Source of the DNA: Clostridia bacterium
GTDB taxonomy: Bacteria; Bacillota; Clostridia; CAKSNL01; HGM11501
DNA: 64,000 nt
NCBI GenBank assembly: GCA_045545475.1
Contig: JAZQAZ010000040.1
Location: forward strand, 1 to 64,000
Direction of reading: 5' to 3'
Shown in pieces: positions 36,869 through 46,608 of this stretch. Below the pieces are notes generated by a model that was not told the DNA's origin, did no database searches, and saw nothing but the letters and a program-made list of their open reading frames with translations. Both the position numbers and the translations under genes were made by a program. How positions within the stretch are numbered: the first letter of the stretch is position 1; the number at the start of each line of letters is the position of its first letter.

Positions 36869-36920
36869 ATTTCCCACCTTGCATTTCACACTTAAAAAAC
36901 GCCCGCTTCCGGGCGTTTTT

Positions 36921-37472
36921 TTATCTCCTGTAGCACATACAATCCTTTGAATGTCCGTTTATTATCCCCATGGACTGCAGATAGGAATATATAATGGTAG
37001 AGCCCACAAAGCTCATCCCTCGCTTTTTAAGGTCCGCCGATATGGCATCTGAAAGCGGCGATGTTGTCCTTTCCGTAAACTCCTCATTAATAATTTCGGG
37101 TGCAAAGCTTCTCAAATATCCGTAAAAGGAGCCCTTCTCCTTCACGATTTCCTTAAATATCCTGCTGTTTTTTATTGCCGCCTTAATTTTAAGACGGTTT
37201 CTTATTATGAGGGGATTTTCCATAAGCTCCGCAATTTTTTCTTCGCCATAGGCACTTACCTTATCAATGTCAAAATTGTCAAACGCCGCCCTGAAATATT
37301 CCCTTTTGTTAAGGATACATTCCCAGGAAAGCCCCGCCTGAAAGGATTCCAAAATTAAAAGTTCATAAAGCCTTCCATCCTCCGTCAGAAGCCTTCCCCA
37401 TTCCTCATCGTGATATTTAATGTATTTTTCATTTTTAAGATTAACCCAGCTGCACCTTTTACACATAAGCAC
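36921..37472 (-). CDS. tag: DNA-3-methyladenine glycosylase I
   Basis: RCSW..YHDEEWG, ESFQAGLSW, IIRNRLKI, H..DC. Confidence 0.95.
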   Translation of the reverse strand: MLMCKRCSWVNLKNEKYIKYHDEEWGRLLTEDGRLYELLILESFQAGLSWECILNKREYFRAAFDNFDIDKVSAYGEEKIAELMENPLIIRNRLKIKAAIKNSRIFKEIVKEKGSFYGYLRSFAPEIINEEFTERTTSPLSDAISADLKKRGMSFVGSTIIYSYLQSMGIINGHSKDCMCYRR

Positions 37473-37519
37473 CGCTCCTTAAAGAAAAGGGAAAAGCTGT
37501 GCTTTTCCCTTTTATCCGT

Positions 37520-37725
37520 ACCGTCGTAAAAAATTGCTTTGTTGCAATTCCTAAGAAAACCCTCTTCGGGTTTTCTTTTTTTATTAATCAGCCTCGCTAA
37601 AAACCTTTTCGGCTTTTAACGACACCTTTCGCTGATTTAAATGCTCCGCAAAAAATCAGCACGGTGTCCACGCTCGCTGATTCTTCAGTAAAAAAATTGC
37701 TTTGTTGCAATTTTTTTACTTTCGC
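37520..37725 (-). repeat. Modular hairpin repeat, locus 7 (C-B-A-A-C)
   Basis: GACACC..GCTGATTT-AAATGCTCCGCAAA-AAATCAGC..GGTGTC; two TTGC-TTTGTT-GCAA hairpins. Confidence 0.85.
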
Positions 37726-38834
37726 CAGAATCCCTTATCCTTCTTTATGCCTGCATAATTTTTATCGCCGGTCATTTCGGCAAATTCTAAAAGCTTCGCC
37801 TTCTGTTCCTTGCTTAAGTTTTTGGGCGTATCAACGATAATCGTTACATATTCGTCGCCCTTCTGAGGGTTATGAAGCTTCTGAATTCCCTTTTCCTTAA
37901 GACGGAAAATGGAATTTGACTGTGTTCCCTCCGGGATGGTAAATTCCACATCGCCGTGAATTGTGGGAACCTGACAGGTTGCACCAAGGGCCGCCTCCGT
38001 TATGCTGATGTGCTTTTCAACATAAACATCAAAGCCCTTTCTCTTAAAGGTTTTGTCGGGAGTAATTGCAACGGTTACAAGTAAATCGCCGTTGGGACCT
38101 CCACGAAGGCCGCATTCGCCCTCGCCTGACACGCTCATCGTCTGTCCGTGATCGATACCGGCCGGAATATTAACCTCAACTGTCTTCGTTCTTCTTACGC
38201 TTCCTCTTCCACGACAGCTTTCGCAGGGAGTTTTTATAATCTTACCGCTACCAGAGCAGCTCTGACAGGTTGTAACCGTGGAGAAAAAGCCACCCATGGT
38301 GTTTCTCACCTGACCTGTACCGTGACAAACCGAGCATGTTTCAGCAGTAGTTCCCGCCTTAGCACCGGAACCTCCGCAAGTGTCGCACTTTTCGCTTCTG
38401 TAAACCTCTATTGTCTTCTTACAGCCGAAAGCCGCCTCGGAAAACGTAAGGTTTATCTGCTTATTCAAATCGTTTCCGCGTACAGGGCCGTTTCTTCTCT
38501 GACCGCCGCCACCGAAAAAGCTTCCGAAAATGTCACCAAGGTCAACATCAAAGCCTCCGAAGCCGCCGTTAAAGCCACCTCCGTATCCGCCGCCCTGAGT
38601 CTGATCAAAGGCCGCGTGACCGAAACGGTCGTACTTTGCCTTCTTATCCGCATCGGATAAAACCTCATATGCCTCGTTTACTTCCTTAAACTTAACTGCC
38701 GCACTCTCAGGATCGTCCTTATTCAAATCGGGGTGGTACTTTTTCGCAAGTGAACGGTACGCCTTTTTAATTTCTTCGTCCGTCGCTCCCTTGGAAACGC
38801 CCAGCACCTCGTAATAATCTCTTTTATCTGCCAT
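37716..38834 (-). CDS. dnaJ: Chaperone DnaJ
   Basis: HPD, G/F region, four CxxCxGxG motifs. Confidence 0.99.
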   Translation of the reverse strand: MADKRDYYEVLGVSKGATDEEIKKAYRSLAKKYHPDLNKDDPESAAVKFKEVNEAYEVLSDADKKAKYDRFGHAAFDQTQGGGYGGGFNGGFGGFDVDLGDIFGSFFGGGGQRRNGPVRGNDLNKQINLTFSEAAFGCKKTIEVYRSEKCDTCGGSGAKAGTTAETCSVCHGTGQVRNTMGGFFSTVTTCQSCSGSGKIIKTPCESCRGRGSVRRTKTVEVNIPAGIDHGQTMSVSGEGECGLRGGPNGDLLVTVAITPDKTFKRKGFDVYVEKHISITEAALGATCQVPTIHGDVEFTIPEGTQSNSIFRLKEKGIQKLHNPQKGDEYVTIIVDTPKNLSKEQKAKLLEFAEMTGDKNYAGIKKDKGFWRK

Positions 38835-38915
38835 AAATATAGTCCTTTCGCATTAAATGCAATATCTATGTAAACAGTATATGCCGGACGGCGCTTACCG
38901 TCCGGCTTAAATCTA

Positions 38916-40736
38916 TTAGTTTACGTCTGTAAAGTCAGCGTCCTGTGCACCTGCGGGGCCTTCCTGACCTGCACCAGCATTACCCTGAGCCTGCTGCTGT
39001 GCAGCTGCTTCCTGGTATACTCTCTGACCAATCTGGCTCATCTTCTGCATAAGAGCATCGCTTGCAGCTTTGATTGCCTCAGTATCTGTGCCCTTAAGAG
39101 ATTCCTTAACCTTGTCAGCTTCTGCCTTAAGGTCGTTCTTTTCGTCCTCAGACATCTTGTCGCCCATATCTGTTATGAGCTTTTCTGACTGATAAACCAT
39201 CTGGTCTGCTGAGTTTCTTATATCAACCTCTTCCTTACGCTTCTTATCCTCAGCAGCATACTGCTCTGCTTCCTTAACAGCCTTATTAATCTCGTCCTCG
39301 GAAAGATTTGTAGATGCAGTGATTGTGATATTCTGCTCATTACCTGTTCCTAAATCCTTTGCAGATACGTGAACGATACCGTTAGCGTCAATATCGAATG
39401 TAACTTCGATCTGGGGGATTCCTCTGGGAGCGGGAGCAATGCCTGAAAGCTGGAAGTTACCCAATGTCTTATTATACTGTGCCATTTCTCTTTCACCCTG
39501 AAGAACGTGAACGTCAACAGAGGGCTGATTATCTGCAGCTGTGGAGAAAATCTGGCTCTTCTTTGTGGGGATTGTGGTGTTTCTTTCAATAATCTTTGTA
39601 AATACTCCGCCCATGGTTTCGATACCGAGTGAAAGAGGAGTTACGTCAAGAAGTACTAAATCGTCAACGTCACCGGAAAGTACGCCACCCTGGATTGCGG
39701 CACCCATAGCAACACATTCGTCTGGGTTGATTTCCTTACTGATTTTGGATCCAACAAGCTTTTCAACAGCTTCGCATACGGCAGGGATTCTTGTGGAACC
39801 GCCAACCATAAGTACCTTCTTTATGTCGCTTGTGGAAAGACCTGCATCGGATAATGCCTTCTTAACGGGAACCATTGTTTCTTCAACAAGGTCAGCTGTA
39901 AGTTCATTAAACTTTGCTCTGGTTAATGTCATATCAAGATGTAAGGGGCCTTCTGCACCTGCAGAAATATAGGGAAGATTGATGGATGCGCTTGTAACGG
40001 AAGAAAGCTCGCACTTAGCCTTTTCAGCCGCTTCCTTAAGACGCTGAGAAGCCATCTTGTCGTTTCTTAAGTCAATGCCGTTGTCCTTCTTGAATTCCGA
40101 TGCGATATAGTCGATGATTCTGTTATCGAAGTCGTCACCGCCAAGTCTGTTGTTACCGCAGGTGGCCATAACCTCGAATACGCCGTCGGAAATGTCAAGG
40201 ATGGATACGTCGAATGTACCGCCACCTAAGTCAAATACCATAATCTTACCGTCAGGATCCTTGTCTGCGCCGAAAGCAAGAGCTGCAGCTGTGGGCTCGT
40301 TTATAATTCTCTGAACATCAAGACCTGCAATCTTACCTGCATCCTTTGTTGCCTGTCTCTGAGCGTCTGTGAAGTATGCGGGAACTGTGATAACAGCCTG
40401 TGTTACAGTTTCGCCCAAATAGCTTTCAGCGTCTGCTTTAAGCTTACCTAAAATCATAGCGGAAATTTCCTGAGGAGTGTAATTCTTTCCGTCAATGTCC
40501 ACCTTGTAGGAAGAACCCATTTCTCTCTTGATGGAGATTATTGTTCTGTCGGGGTTGGATACAGCCTGACGCTTTGCAACCTGACCAACAAGTCTCTCAC
40601 CATTCTTTGTGAAACCAACAACAGAGGGAGTTGTTCTCATACCCTCAGCGTTAGCGATAACCACTGCGCTTCCGCCTTCTAAAACGGCTACGCAGGAGTT
40701 TGTTGTACCTAAGTCTATACCGATAATCTTTGCCAT
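38916..40736 (-). CDS. dnaK: Chaperone DnaK
   Basis: [19 protein letters not shown]. Confidence 0.99.
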   Translation of the reverse strand: MAKIIGIDLGTTNSCVAVLEGGSAVVIANAEGMRTTPSVVGFTKNGERLVGQVAKRQAVSNPDRTIISIKREMGSSYKVDIDGKNYTPQEISAMILGKLKADAESYLGETVTQAVITVPAYFTDAQRQATKDAGKIAGLDVQRIINEPTAAALAFGADKDPDGKIMVFDLGGGTFDVSILDISDGVFEVMATCGNNRLGGDDFDNRIIDYIASEFKKDNGIDLRNDKMASQRLKEAAEKAKCELSSVTSASINLPYISAGAEGPLHLDMTLTRAKFNELTADLVEETMVPVKKALSDAGLSTSDIKKVLMVGGSTRIPAVCEAVEKLVGSKISKEINPDECVAMGAAIQGGVLSGDVDDLVLLDVTPLSLGIETMGGVFTKIIERNTTIPTKKSQIFSTAADNQPSVDVHVLQGEREMAQYNKTLGNFQLSGIAPAPRGIPQIEVTFDIDANGIVHVSAKDLGTGNEQNITITASTNLSEDEINKAVKEAEQYAAEDKKRKEEVDIRNSADQMVYQSEKLITDMGDKMSEDEKNDLKAEADKVKESLKGTDTEAIKAASDALMQKMSQIGQRVYQEAAAQQQAQGNAGAGQEGPAGAQDADFTDVN

Positions 40737-40756
40737 AATATATTCCTCCAATTAAA

Positions 40757-41311
40757 TTAGTTTGCTACTTTTACTACTGAATGTCTTATTACTCTGTCGC
40801 CGGTTTTGAATCCCTTTTGGAATTCTTCAACGATTACGCCTTCTCCTGCATTCTCGTCCTCAACGTGCATAACAGCGTTGTGAAGCTCGGGGTTAAACTC
40901 CTCGCCCACAGCGTCTATCGCCGTAACTCCGAGAGAAGTAAGGATGTCAGCCATCTGCTTTTTCATAAGGTCAACGCCCTCGGAAAATGCTTTCCATTCG
41001 CCGGATGCGTCAGTTGGCTTAACCTTTATTGCCTTTTCAATATTATCGAAAAGAGGCAAAAATGCAGCAACCGTATCGGCCTTTGCCATTTCATATAAGC
41101 TTTCCTTTTCCTTGGCTGTCCTTTTTCTGTAGTTTTCATACTCTGCAGTAATTCGGAGTATCTTGTCAGAAAGCTCCGCTATCTTTTTCTCGTTTTCGTC
41201 AACTAAAACTTCTTCTGTCACTTCTTCAACTGTCGACTCCTCTGCTGTAACTTCCTCAGCCTTTGCTTCTTCAGCTACTTCCTTTTCTATATCATCCTTT
41301 TTCTTCGTCAC
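40757..41311 (-). CDS. grpE: Nucleotide exchange factor GrpE
   Basis: AEYENYRKR, FNPELHNAV, RVIRHSVVKV. Confidence 0.97.
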   Translation of the reverse strand: MTKKKDDIEKEVAEEAKAEEVTAEESTVEEVTEEVLVDENEKKIAELSDKILRITAEYENYRKRTAKEKESLYEMAKADTVAAFLPLFDNIEKAIKVKPTDASGEWKAFSEGVDLMKKQMADILTSLGVTAIDAVGEEFNPELHNAVMHVEDENAGEGVIVEEFQKGFKTGDRVIRHSVVKVAN

Positions 41312-41355
41312 TTTTTTCATCCCTTTCTGTAGAGAGCCTTGCATCTTCTGACTTA

Positions 41356-42387
41356 TCACGGCTCAAGTATGTGTCTTAATATATTATCCATCGCTTCTGC
41401 CATATATTCAAGTGTTGACATAACACGGGAATAATCCATTCTTGCCGGGCCGATAATTCCTATTGACCCCTTCATATTGTCTGATGCACTGTAGGATTTC
41501 ACCACCAGTGAACAGTCGGAAAGTGCCGATATTCCTGTTTCCCTTCCGATTACCGTAAGGCACGAATCCTCCTCTGATGCATCGCGGACAAGTAGCTTTA
41601 AATTTTCATCGTCATCCACAAAATCTAGCAGAGCCCTTGCCTTATCCACATCGTGATATTCTCTGTAACGGAAAATGTTTGAGGCACCGTCTGTGAAAAC
41701 CTCTCCGTCATTTCCGGAAAGTGCCGATGTGATAAACTCGGAAAGAGCAGGTGTAAGATTTGGCCAGAAACGTGAAACCTCACGGAATACCGCCGCATTA
41801 AAGTCCATCTCATCGGGAGTTTTCATCGCCAGAAGCTCCGTTATAATTCCGCTTAAACGGTCTGCAAACTCCTGATTTATCTCCATGGGAGCTTTTATTT
41901 TCTTATCCTTTATAACGTCTCCTGTTGCAACCAAAACAGCCAGCACTAATCCTTCCTGCACAACGATAAGCTTTAAGCTCTTAAGACGAAGCCTTACAGT
42001 AGAAGGCGTAATTACAAAGGATGTGTAATTGGTGATTGCAGAAAGCGTTTCTCCCGCTCTTTTTGCAATTCCCGAAAGCTCTCTTGCTTTTGTCTCCATT
42101 CTGTGTGCCAGGTCATCCATCTCCGACAATGTAAGACGGTATTTTTCCATCAGTATATCCACATATAAGCGGTAACCAAGATATGATGGAATTCTTCCTG
42201 CCGAGGTGTGGGGTTTTTCCAAGTACCCCGCCTCCTCCAAAAACGCCATTTCGTTTCTTATGGTAGCAGATGAACAATCCTTAAGTATATTTTTCTGAAT
42301 TGTTGATGAGCCGATGGGTTCTGCCGTTTCAATGTATCCGTCAATAATGGCCTTTAATATTTTAAGCCTTCTTTCGGACAAATCCAT
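41356..42387 (-). CDS. hrcA: Heat-inducible repressor HrcA
   Basis: SSATIRNEM, PHTSAGRIPS, IIGPARMDY. Confidence 0.98.
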   Translation of the reverse strand: MDLSERRLKILKAIIDGYIETAEPIGSSTIQKNILKDCSSATIRNEMAFLEEAGYLEKPHTSAGRIPSYLGYRLYVDILMEKYRLTLSEMDDLAHRMETKARELSGIAKRAGETLSAITNYTSFVITPSTVRLRLKSLKLIVVQEGLVLAVLVATGDVIKDKKIKAPMEINQEFADRLSGIITELLAMKTPDEMDFNAAVFREVSRFWPNLTPALSEFITSALSGNDGEVFTDGASNIFRYREYHDVDKARALLDFVDDDENLKLLVRDASEEDSCLTVIGRETGISALSDCSLVVKSYSASDNMKGSIGIIGPARMDYSRVMSTLEYMAEAMDNILRHILEP

Positions 42388-42416
42388 TTATCTCACCAAC
42401 CCCTCATTTTTTATTT

Positions 42417-42476
42417 TTAGCACTCTACCCAAGAGAGTGCTAAAAATGTTATACCACTTTTATCCTCATTTGTCAA
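42417..42476 (-). promoter_or_regulatory. CIRCE element (42417-42443) and sigma-A promoter of the hrcA operon
   Basis: TTAGCACTC-N9-GAGTGCTAA; TTGACA-17-TATAAC. Confidence 0.95.
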
Positions 42477-42500
42477 GGGGTATATTGAATTTTTTAAAAT

Positions 42501-42535
42501 TATAAAGGACACTTCATTCAGAAGTGCCCTTTATA
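42501..42535 (-). terminator. Hairpin, probably the original clpP terminator
   Basis: TATAAAGGACACTTC-ATTCA-GAAGTGCCCTTTATA, adjacent to the IS target duplication. Confidence 0.6.
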
Positions 42536-42669
42536 ATTATTCTCCCATTTCTAGATAAGTATTGATAATTAATTTTTTCAAAAAATACTAGTAAATATGC
42601 ATAAAAACATTTTATGACTACAGAAAAATATACGATTAAGTATAAATATTTTTCTGTGGAGGTTATAAA

Positions 42670-43926
42670 ATGGCAAAGTTAAAGGATTTAAAAGATTTAG
42701 TTCAAAATGTCAATTTGACAGAAGAACAGATTGCAGAACTTCTCACTATCATTATTGATATGAAGAAGAAAAATGACAATGCTGAAAAAGGTAAGGTCGT
42801 GTTACCACCCGAATTAGTGGCATTATTAGAAAAATGCACTATAAACAGAGGTGAAGAATTAGTTTGTCCTTTATGTGGTAGCACTTCTGTAAATAAAAAT
42901 GGTAAAAAAGATGGTAGACAAAGATACTTATGCAAGTCTTGTGTTAAAACTTTTGGAGATACTTATGGAACTTTGCTTTATCATTCAAAATTAACAGTAA
43001 AGCAATGGATTGAGTTTTTGACCTTAACCCTTTATAATGCAAGTCTAAACAGAATTAAAAAGGATATGGGTATCAACCTCGCAACTGCTTGGTACAACAG
43101 ACACAAGGTATGCTCTCTTATAATGCAGTTAGAAGGCGAACAAGATAGTTTTCCCTCTATTGTTGAAGGTGACGAGTTCTTTATTCCGCTGTCTTTCATT
43201 GGTGAGAGAAACAAGGCTTTCTTCATTGAAGAATTGAAAAGAATGCCACGTCACCATCGTAACAGAGCAGCAAAGTTTGAATATATTGAACAGGCTGGCT
43301 ATGAAGTTGCAGAGGTTGAAGATATGGATGGCTTTTACGATGATGAAACTATCCCCTCTAATCTTTCAGTATCAAAGGAATTGAATGGTCTTGATAAGGA
43401 AGAAAAGAGAAAAAGAGGTATCAGCAACGAACAGGTTTGTGTTATTACTGCTGTGGATAAATTACAGAATGCTTATCTCGCGCCTACTTGCTTGGGTAAG
43501 ATTGAACCTAAACATTTAGAACAGCATTTGAGTGGCAAGTTTGCTGAAGATAGTATTCTTGTTACTGATAGTTTGAGAGCATACAGAACATTTGCTAATA
43601 ACAACAAGATACATTTAAGACAGATACCTTCAGGCAGACATACTTCTGGTCCATTCAATTTAGGTAAGGTTAATTCCTATCATTCCAAAATGACTGACTT
43701 TTTTGACAGATACAAAGAAGTTGGCTCAAAGTATTTAGACCACTACCTCGCTTTGTTTAGGTGGCAAGAAAAAGGGTTCAATTCCAGAACAGCAGACAGA
43801 GTTAATATGTTACTTGATATGCTGACAAAAGGTGTACCCGAAAAAGTGGAATTCCAAAAATTGAAATATAGACCTTTTCCTTTTGATACTAAAAATATTG
43901 TGAGGGTAGAGACAATTTCCGCATAA
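42670..43926 (+). CDS. IS1595 family transposase
   Basis: CPLC..C..C zinc ribbon, HTH, VEGDEFF, KRG, LVTDSLRAY, VNSYHS, YLDHYL. Confidence 0.92.
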   Translation: MAKLKDLKDLVQNVNLTEEQIAELLTIIIDMKKKNDNAEKGKVVLPPELVALLEKCTINRGEELVCPLCGSTSVNKNGKKDGRQRYLCKSCVKTFGDTYGTLLYHSKLTVKQWIEFLTLTLYNASLNRIKKDMGINLATAWYNRHKVCSLIMQLEGEQDSFPSIVEGDEFFIPLSFIGERNKAFFIEELKRMPRHHRNRAAKFEYIEQAGYEVAEVEDMDGFYDDETIPSNLSVSKELNGLDKEEKRKRGISNEQVCVITAVDKLQNAYLAPTCLGKIEPKHLEQHLSGKFAEDSILVTDSLRAYRTFANNNKIHLRQIPSGRHTSGPFNLGKVNSYHSKMTDFFDRYKEVGSKYLDHYLALFRWQEKGFNSRTADRVNMLLDMLTKGVPEKVEFQKLKYRPFPFDTKNIVRVETISA

Positions 43927-44076
43927 TGTGGTATAATTATATTGAAAATTGGAACATTTTTCTAATTTTTCAGTCTATATGAGTAGAAAGAGTTAGACAA
44001 ACTTGAATTTGAAGGTGAATCATAAAACAACGCTATGCTTCTTGAAGAAGTAATAGAAAGAGGAGAATTTTGGATA

Positions 44077-45234
44077 ATGAAAAAAAATATAAAAATATTT
44101 ATTATTTTATCTCTCATTTGCTGTATTGGTGTCTTATGTTATTTATTAACCACTAATTTTGAGAGTAGTAAAAAAGTATCTGTGCACAAAGAAATAGGAA
44201 ACGAATTGCAAGATGATATAAGTGCTATGTTGTGTTATAGCGAAGGTCATTCAGAAATTGCAAAAAGCGAAACCTTTTTTTACACAAAAGATTACCTAAA
44301 TAAATCTGAAAATCAATATTATTTAGGTGTTTCACACGTTTTCCCTGATGAAATAATTACAGAAAGATTTGCGATTCCTTTAGGATATAAAAATAGTAAG
44401 GAAATGGCATCTAATTTAGGACAAATTCTTGATTATACTAATTATGAGAAAGCAGAAATACTAATTTTAAATGATTGGTATAATGAAAATAAGAAAATTA
44501 TTGTTGCTTATATTATAGATAATGATTTGAAAACAGTTGAATTTTCAGTTGAAGACGAAGCTTATTTAGGAACATATGTAGATAATAGCACAATTTATAC
44601 TTTGATAAATTCAAAGAACCAATTGATAATTTCTTCTATTGACACGGCAAATAACAATAATGAAATAACAACTGTTTCTTATTCAGGACTTGTTCGAGAT
44701 AGAGCAGATTTGTCAGGCTCATATACCCTTATAAAAAACAGTATTTTATATTTGGGCGAAGCTACATACGATACAAAAAGTGATACAGTCTTTTCTACAA
44801 TTTCTATGCTTAATTTAGCTAATAATGAAACTTATAGTATTACATTTGAAAATGAATGGATTTATAATCTTTTGCATAATGATAATGAAATAGTTGCATT
44901 GATGGGTGCTGGAAAAGATGATATAGGATATTATCAAGATATAGTGTGCAATATTATTGATTTAAATTTAGATGCTATATCTACTCATTCGATTATGGGA
45001 CTACCTGATAATATTGATACAGTGAATTTTGCAGATAGAAGTCAAATATATAATGGGATACTTTACACAATAATAAACGGAACAACTTTAGGGAAAAATC
45101 ATCTACTTGCTTATAACATAAAAGAAAAAGAAATTATTTTTCAAGCTGAACTTGAAACAAAAATGGTAAATAAATATTTATTTGATTGGAATTTTTATAT
45201 TTATAGCAATAATAATTATTACGAAATACCCTAA
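44077..45234 (+). CDS. IS passenger: membrane-anchored/secreted beta-rich protein of unknown function
   Basis: AGGAG RBS, MKK plus hydrophobic N-terminus, beta-propeller-like composition. Confidence 0.75.
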   Translation: MKKNIKIFIILSLICCIGVLCYLLTTNFESSKKVSVHKEIGNELQDDISAMLCYSEGHSEIAKSETFFYTKDYLNKSENQYYLGVSHVFPDEIITERFAIPLGYKNSKEMASNLGQILDYTNYEKAEILILNDWYNENKKIIVAYIIDNDLKTVEFSVEDEAYLGTYVDNSTIYTLINSKNQLIISSIDTANNNNEITTVSYSGLVRDRADLSGSYTLIKNSILYLGEATYDTKSDTVFSTISMLNLANNETYSITFENEWIYNLLHNDNEIVALMGAGKDDIGYYQDIVCNIIDLNLDAISTHSIMGLPDNIDTVNFADRSQIYNGILYTIINGTTLGKNHLLAYNIKEKEIIFQAELETKMVNKYLFDWNFYIYSNNNYYEIP

Positions 45235-45436
45235 TTGTTGAAGTAGAAAAGAAAGCCAAGGGAATTTATATGAAGTGTAAATGAAGCATTAATAAAGCGA
45301 GATTGTGAAAAATAAATTCCAATTTGTTGAACTAAATACATATATGATATGGTGCATACTATAAATGTATCAATATTTCTGTATGCACCTTTTTGTATAC
45401 TTTTACACATCAATACTTATCTAGAAATGGGAGTAA

Positions 45437-46015
45437 TTATTTAATTATTCCGTCGATAATGCCGTAAGCAACAGCCTCTTCTGCATTTAAAATATAATCA
45501 CGTTCAGTATCACGTGTTATATCCTCCATGGTTTTCCCTGTGTTTTCGGCAAGGATACCGTTTAAGAGTCTCTTTGTCTTAAGCATATCCTTCGTGTGAA
45601 TATCCATATTGGTTGCCTGACCGCCGACACCGCCAAGTACCTGATGGATTAAAATTTTTCCATTCTTCATGGAATAACGCTTGCCCTTAGCTCCGCCTGA
45701 AAGAAGCACCGCCCCCATGGAAGCGGCAAGTCCCGCACAGATTGTGGTAACAGGGCTTTTTATTGACTGCATGGTATCATAAATAGCAAGACCGGCAGAT
45801 ACCGAACCACCGGGGGAATTTATATACATCTTAATTTCCTCACCGGGAGCAATACTGTCAAGATATAAAAGCTGCGAAACAATGGATGCAGACAAGTCAT
45901 CGTCAACCTCTGAAAAAAGAAATATCTTTCTTTCCTTCAAAAGTTCAGAATAGCAATTTGTTTTTGCCAGCGAGCCATCCTTGCTCTCTTTTAATATAAT
46001 GGGATCAATTATCAT
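45437..46015 (-). CDS. clpP: Clp protease proteolytic subunit
   Basis: YINSPGGSV, GLAASMGA, LIHQ, TERD..L.AEEA..YG. Confidence 0.95.
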   Translation of the reverse strand: MIIDPIILKESKDGSLAKTNCYSELLKERKIFLFSEVDDDLSASIVSQLLYLDSIAPGEEIKMYINSPGGSVSAGLAIYDTMQSIKSPVTTICAGLAASMGAVLLSGGAKGKRYSMKNGKILIHQVLGGVGGQATNMDIHTKDMLKTKRLLNGILAENTGKTMEDITRDTERDYILNAEEAVAYGIIDGIIK

Positions 46016-46156
46016 AAGTCTTATCCTTTCCCGCCTCAGGCGTCTTTCTCTGTTTTTGAAAAGTAGTATATCACAAAAACCAAAACAATGCAAGTAAAAG
46101 AATTTTCTTTTTTTGGACAAATTTTGTTAGTAAGAATTTATCTTTCAATCGAATTA

Positions 46157-46608
46157 TGTCATTCTTCCGTGCACAAAAGGCTTTTTGCCTTTTGCTGTCG
46201 ACTTACTTCGGGCAGTGCACAAAAGGCTTTTCGCCTTTTGCTGTCGACTTACTCCGGGCAGTGCACAAAACCCTCTTCGGGTTTTGATTTTTTGTTTCGC
46301 TCACTAAAACGCTTTTCGCGTTTTACTGTCGACTTACAGCAATTTAAATGCTCCGCAAAAAATTGCTACGTCGACCACGTTCGCAAAACTTCGTTCCGTA
46401 AATTGCTTTGTTGCAATTTACTGCACTCATTTCTTTATGGAAATTTTCCAGAAAGCTTTTCGCTTTCTGCTTTTTTTGTTTCACTCGCTAAAAGGCTTTT
46501 CGCCTTTTTCCACCCATTTACGCCAAGTAAATGCTCCGCAAAACTTGGCTACATCGGTGACGCTCGCAAAACTATCGTATAAAAATTTCTTTATGGAAAT
46601 TTTTATAC
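46157..46608 (-). repeat. Modular hairpin repeat, locus 8 (two C-B-A units plus 46-bp tandem A units)
   Basis: Tandem at 46169-46214 and 46215-46260; B loops near 46346 and 46529; half TGTC repeat at 46157. Confidence 0.9.

Larger units (their letters stand above)
42542..45433 (+). mobile_element. IS1595-family transporter element (2892 bp) with one passenger gene
   Basis: Perfect 25-bp TIR CTCCCATTTCTAGATAAGTATTGAT (42542-66 / 45409-33); 8-bp TSD TAATTATT (42534-41 / 45434-41); AT-rich. Confidence 0.95.

Noticed and set aside
46169-46290. Tandem 46-bp units resembling a mini-CRISPR
   Set aside because: Units are contiguous near-identical duplications without unique spacers; no cas genes or leader
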